NCBI GenBank assembly: GCA_964016885.1
Contig: OZ024746.1
Span: forward strand, 22,816,001-22,880,000
Direction: 5' to 3'
From: Eledone cirrhosa
Lineage: Eukaryota
DNA: 64,000 nt
This document shows, piece by piece, positions 57,683-64,000 of the stretch. The notes below the pieces were generated by a model. It did not search any database. It was not told where the DNA came from and saw nothing but the letters and a program-made list of their open reading frames with translations. Position numbers and translations under genes: made by a program. Positions within the stretch are counted from its first letter, which is position 1. Each line of letters opens with the position of its first letter.

Positions 57683-58381
57683 GTTTAGTTTTACATCTTC
57701 TTGATTGATTATTTTCTTTTTGCTTTCCAGCATAGTTACGTCCCTTTACGATCTGAGTTCAAATCCCGCCGAGGTTGATTTTGCCTTTCATCCTTACGGG
57801 GGTCGATAAAATAAAGTACCAGTAATGCACTGGATAATTGCTGGCCTTGTGCCTAAAGTAGAAACAATTATTTTCTTTTATTTAGGGAGATTTTGACTAA
57901 TTTCATCAGTTCCCCTATCTCTCCAGCCCTGGTTCTCCAGAGAACCAGGGTTGGATAAATACAATATTCGGAAGTTCATCTGAAGAGGCCAGATTGACAC
58001 TATGGATGGAACAACATATTACATAGTCGTCAAACCCGCCGAAACATTTGTAATGGCAAATTTCCGAATAAATGTTGTAAAAACCTATTATGCATACCAA
58101 TTTCTCTCTCTCTCTCATATTCTACCCAAACCTCGATATCTGGGGATTTTTGTTACGCCCCACCACTCTTACTCCTTCCCACTTCCAACTTCTTATCTTC
58201 TACTCTTTTTTTATCTGCCAGATCCTCACTATCATTTGCCCGCCTCTCTCTCTATCTATCTGCCTATCTATCCATCTATCTACCTCCGTTCGCATCTACA
58301 TTCTATCTATCTACCTCTCTCTCTCTCTATCTATCTGCCTGTCTATCTACCTATCTACATTCTATCTAAACCCCCCCCCCC

Positions 58382-58455
<74 letters not shown>

Positions 58456-59105
58456 ACTTATCTATTTATCTATATATCTGTCTATCTTCTTTCCTTTACA
58501 TTCCCAAACGTCAATGGAAAGAAGAAATAACAAGCGTTGCTTATAGGAGAACATAAGCGCATGCGTATTGATTTTCTATCTCTTCTTATCGTTGAAGAGT
58601 GAAGACATCTTTTCAATAGGTTGTGTCGTGAATAAGAAGTGAAGTTAAGACTGTGATAAGAAAGCTGACATCTGTTGAGCAAAATGTCAGATAGATGTAT
58701 GTATGTATGTATGTATGTATGTATGTATGTGTATGTATGTAGGTATGCATGTATGTGTATGCATGTATGAATATATGTATGTGTATGTATGTATGTATAT
58801 ATGTATGTAGTGTGTATACATACACATATATATGTGTGTATGTATGTGCGCATGTATGTATGTGTGAATATATGTATGCGTATGTATGTATGTGTGTGCG
58901 TATTTATATATACGAACATACATACATATTTATACACAGACACACACACACATATATGTGTGTGTGTGTGCGTATTTATGTGATTCTCTCTCTCTCTCTC
59001 TCTCCCCTTTCTCTTTCTGCATAATGTTTTTATGCACGTTTATATTTACCTGTATATATGTATATCTATTTCTGGCCATACGTATACACACACATACATA
59101 TATAT

Positions 59106-59164
<59 letters not shown>

Positions 59165-60083
59165 AATATATATATACATATATGTGTATGTATGCGTTAT
59201 GTATGTATACGTTTAAAAATATATCTGCATACGTATTTACGTACACTTGCATTTATAAGTGCACATATAATTATATCTCTTCCTATGCATTATGCACAAG
59301 TATTTATATATATATACATTTTATATAGTCTACGTTCACATAAGGTTGCCCTTAACACCCGAGCTACTGGTATCTATTTAGAATTGTATCAACCAGAGAT
59401 TCAACCTTCATAAACAGCAACAACATCAACAACGACATCATCAACGACAACAACAACACCACCAACAACAACTAACGGTAAAATAGAAGCTAAATTATTC
59501 TAATTCTAGATCGCATATTAGGATGAAATCCTGCCTATCTCTACATTTCTTCTGCAACCCTGACTTTATTTGGGACAGCTGATTCTTTTGTTGCCTAGTT
59601 ATAACTACGAAGAGAAACTTACATTATAAGTGGGGGGGGGGGGGGGGGATTGGCAGTATCGGTAGGGGGTCGGGCGCCATGCTTTGACGCATTGAGTTAC
59701 GGCCCTTGCCATTCTGAGTTCAAATCCAGCCGAGGTTAACTTTGCCTTTCATCCTTACGGGGTCGATAAAATAAAGTACCAGTAATGTACTGGGTAATTG
59801 CTGGCCTTATGCCAAAAGTAGAAACAATTATTTCACATTATATGTTGTTAATAAGATTAGAAACTTTCAATCTATTGCCCACCATCTTTAGAAATTTAAC
59901 ATATATATATATCACCTTGTTCTGTTTTTGTTTCTAACTGTTTTGTTACGTCCCAATGTGTACTGGAATGATGAGTTTCGACCTTATAAACCGAAACAAT
60001 AGTGATTTCCAGAGGTTGACTGGCGAGATGGGACTGAGACTGTCTGTTTTTCCGCTGTCTTCGTCCAGTCCACCCCTGTTTGG

Positions 60084-60152
<69 letters not shown>

Positions 60153-60225
60153 TGATATATATATACATACACACACACACACACAATCATATATATATAT
60201 ATATACATAAACATACACATACACA

Positions 60226-60267
<42 letters not shown>

Positions 60268-61039
60268 CAGACAAACAGACACACACAATCATATATATAC
60301 ATACACACATACACATACACATACACATATATATATATATATATATTGATTGTGAAGGCGTGTGACTGAGTGGTTAGAGAATTGGATTCGCAATCGTAAG
60401 GTTGTGAGTTCGATTCCTGGACCAGGCGATGCGTTATGTCCTTGAGCAAGACACTTTATTTCACGTTGCTCCTTCTACCTGGAGTTGCGACCGATAGATA
60501 GTATTAGCAATTGGAAAGACTAACGGAAACATTGTTTCCTCGGTCCGATTTGACGAAAGTTGATCGCCTAAAAAAAAAAAAAAATAGTTTAAGACTAGCA
60601 AGACCAGTATTCAATTTAGTACTCAATGCATGTTCTTGGATTCCTGTTCACTGCATTTTCTTGAAGTTGTTAAAGTACGTGCAATAAACAGGAAACGTTT
60701 TGTAAGGAGAGAGAGAGAGAGGGGGGGGGGTGATCTTTGCAATTCAATGTTTTTTATAGTCAGCTATAGAAATTATATACATTATTTATTTTATTATAAA
60801 CAAACACCAACAACAACACCGCACTACCACCACACACTACACCACCACTACCAGCACCACCACCCTACTACCAACATCACCACATATTATAAATTCCTGT
60901 CAAATAATTCAAAAAAAGCACACCACCAAAAATAAGAAAGATCTCCCCCACACCCCAGGGGTTCAAAAGGTGAGGGGCTGGAGAACTTTGTCGTTCTTTA
61001 CAGAAGATGAAAATATTTGTTGATTCAATGTAAAAAACA

Positions 61040-62730
61040 TTGCAGTGGGATATATAGGGGAAGAGATAATTTGCTGGTCTAATAAGAGAGGGTGAATTGT
61101 GATAGAGAGCGGGAGAGAATTTGTTGGTTTAGTGAGAGAGGGGGAATTAAGTGAGTGAAAGAGAGTGAAGTATCTAGTCGAATATATAAAGCGGGAAGAA
61201 TCTGTTGGTTTAGCGAGAGGCTATTGTGAGAGTGAGAAAGAGAGTAACGTATGTAGTAGAATATAGAGAGGGGAGGGAGAGAATTTGCTGGTCTAGTGAA
61301 AGAAGGGGAACTGTGAGAGAGAGTGAGGTATGTAGTGGAATATATAGAGTGGGAGAGAGTTTGTTGGTTTAGTGAGAGAGGGGGAATTAAGTAAGTGAAA
61401 TAGTGTGAGGTATGTAGTAAAATGGAGAGGAGGAGAGATAATTTGCTGGTCTAATGAGAGAGTGGGAATTGTGAGAGAGTGTGAGATATGTAGTCGCTTA
61501 TAGGGAGGGGAGAGAGAGTTTATACACCTAGTGAGAGGGGTAGTATAGTGGAATATAAAGAGGGGGAGAGAATTCCGTGGTCTAGTAAGAGAGGGGGAAT
61601 TGTGAGCGAGAGTGAGGTATGTAGCGGGATATAGAGAGGGGTGAGAGAGAGGGAATTAAGAGAGTGAAAGAGAGTGAGGTATGTAGTAAAATGTAGAGGG
61701 GGGAGATAATTTGCTGGTCTAATGAGAGAGGAGGGAATTGTGAGTGTGAGAGTGAGGTATGTAGAGGAATATAGAGAGCGGAAGAGAATTTGTTGGTTTA
61801 GTGAGAGAGGGGGTATTAAATGAGTGAAAGAAACTGAGGTATGTATGGAATATAGAGAGTGGGAGAGCATTTATTGGTCTAGTAAGAGAGTGGGAATTGT
61901 GAGAGAGAGTGTGAGATATGTAGTTGCTTATAGGGAGGGGGAGAGAGTTTATGCGCCTAGTGAGGGAGGAGTATAGTGGAATATAAAGATGGGGAGAGAA
62001 TTCCTTGGTCTAGTAAGAGAGTGGGAATTGTCAGAGAGTGAAGTATGTAGTGGAATACAGAGAGCGGGAGAGAATTTGTTGGTTCAGTGAGAGAGGAGAA
62101 ATTAAGAGAATGAAAGAGGTATGTAGTGGAATATAGAGAGGGGGAGAGAATTTCGTAGTCTAGTGAGAGAGAGGGAATTGTGAGAGAGTGTGAGATATGT
62201 CACTACATAGAGAGAGGGAGAGTTTATTGGCCTAGTGAGAGGGGAATAGAGTGAGTTATGTAGTGGAATATAGTGAGGGGCGAGAGAATTTGGTGGTTTA
62301 GTGAGAGAGGGTGAAACGTGAGAGAGTGAGGTATTTAATGGGATATAGAGAGGGGCAGAGATTTGGGTGGTATAGTGAGAGAGGGGTAATTATGAAAGCG
62401 ATATATAGTGAAACAGGTAGTGGGATATAGTGAGGGGGTGAGAGTTTGCAGGGCTAGTGAGAGAGTGGAAATTACGAGAGTGATAGAGAGTGAGGTATGT
62501 ACTGGTATATAGAGAGGGGAGAGAATTTGGGGATCTAGTGTGAGAGGAGGAAATGTGAAAGAGTGAGGTGGGTAGTGGGACATTGAGGGTGGCAGAGATT
62601 TTGCTGGTTTAGTGAGAGAGGGAGAATGTTGGTCTAGTGAGAGAGAGTGAGGCCTCTAGTGGTATATAGGGAGGGTGAAAAAGTATAATGTTTAACTGAG
62701 AGAGAGGTAATATTTTGAGAGAGAGTGACA
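61040..62730. repeat. Purine-rich degenerate minisatellite (~60-75-bp unit), ~1.7 kb
   Basis: Recurring GAGTGAGGTATGTAGTGGAATATAGAGAGGGGGAGAGAATTTGyTGGTyTAGTGAGAGAGGGGGAATT. Confidence 0.9.
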
Positions 62731-63299
62731 AAATAAATGTTAGAGGGAAGAAAAAAGTTTTAATATTGGGTCTCACAGTAAAGTGACTGTGTATATGAGT
62801 GTGTGTTTATATGTATGTGTGTGTGCATATATATATATATGTGTGTGTGTGTGTTTATAAATATATGTGTGCGTGTATTTATATATATGTGCGTGTGTGT
62901 TTATTTATATATATATGTGTGTGTATATTTGTTTGTGTGTGTCTGTTTATATGTTTGTATGTGCCTGTGTACTTGTATGTGTGTGTGCATGTGCGTGTGC
63001 TTGTATATATATATATATATGTGTGTATGTGTATTTGTGTGTGTGCGTGTGTGTGTGCGTGTTTGTGTTTATATATATATATATGTGTGTGTGTGTGTAT
63101 GCGTGTTTATATATGTATTTATGTGTGTGAAAGTGCATGGTTAGGGTATTCGGTTCACAATCGTAAGGTCGTGAGTTGTTTCCAGGCGGCGTGTTGTGTC
63201 CTTGAGCAAGACACTTTATTTCACGTTGCTGCAGTCGTCTCAGCTGGCAAAAATGAGTTGTACCTGTAATTCGAAGGACCTGCCTTGTCACACTGAATC

Positions 63300-63720
63300 T
63301 CCTCTTTGTTGATAACTAAGTTGTTCAAAATGAGACAGTTCCTATGTATACCATATCACGGTGAATTGTATTGCTTCATCTGGTATTTAAGAAGTAAGGG
63401 AACATTTCCAGGTCATTTTGACTTTTATTCAGGAAGCAGTCGTCTAAATATCGTTACCAGTTATTCCTTAAATAGATGTTACGTTTCCGACAACAGGGAA
63501 TATAGCTTTTCCGATAAGAGGCCTCACACAAGTATTACATAGGTTGGGTTACTTTCGTGCTTATGTCCGTTCCATTTATTTGTAAAAAGATTGTTGTCTA
63601 CGAAAATAAATGGTTATTTTCCAGTACTAGGTTTTGGGAATCTCTCCGGGATGTCATCTGGCAGTTTCTTCAAAGTTCACTAGAACCGTTTCGACATGTA
63701 CATTTCCCTGTTGAAGTATG
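63300..63720 (-). pseudogene. Decayed Penelope-like element reverse transcriptase fragment
   Basis: Minus strand, across frameshifts: ETVLVNF..PDDIPERFPK..LVLENNH..FLQINGT.ISTKV.PTYVILV*GLLSEKLY..NNW*RYLDDCFL..IQFT. YLDD is at 63439-63450. Confidence 0.75.
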
Positions 63721-64000
63721 ATACCTTTTTATTTACATAATGGGCTTCTGCAGTTTCCGCCTACAAAATTCCATTCACAAGGTATTGGTTAACTAAAGGC
63801 TATAGTAGAAAACAGTTACCCAAGATGTCGCTACACATTAGAAGTAAGCCATTAACCACACAGCATCCATGTCTGTAATGATGACATTGCAGGCTTGCAG
63901 AATGACGAAGAATTATCAGATGTTGAAGATGATTAAAGCTTTTATAAGGAGGAGTAATTTTATCGAATCTCTTATTGTTTCTTGTATATATAATTTACAT

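Overview
AT-rich eukaryotic (animal) DNA with no convincing host protein-coding gene. The extreme (TA)n/(CA)n/(TACA)n load and the SINE types resemble a cephalopod (octopus-like) intronic or intergenic region, though the taxon is only an inference. Almost all listed ORFs are microsatellite or tandem-repeat artefacts. The real content is: many tRNA-derived SINEs; decayed non-LTR retrotransposons (R4/Dong-like RLE LINE in (TACA)n, CRE-like ends, an RTE 3' end with an 8x104-bp array); hAT-type MITEs; a non-autonomous Helitron; several mini/satellites; and a decayed Penelope-like (PLE) reverse transcriptase fragment (YLDD, minus strand, ~63.3-63.7 kb). The most striking signal is a set of short, mutually dissimilar elements sitting like beads between (TA)n tracts. 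Many are fold-back (inverted-arm) structures with a one-sided tail. Six carry an intact type I hammerhead ribozyme core, found by eye (five with a well-paired helix I), each with a different, mostly palindromic, helix III. This looks like a diverse microsatellite-targeted, ribozyme-bearing, PLE-derived non-autonomous element system. All folds and alignments were made by eye; boundaries of decayed repeats are approximate.
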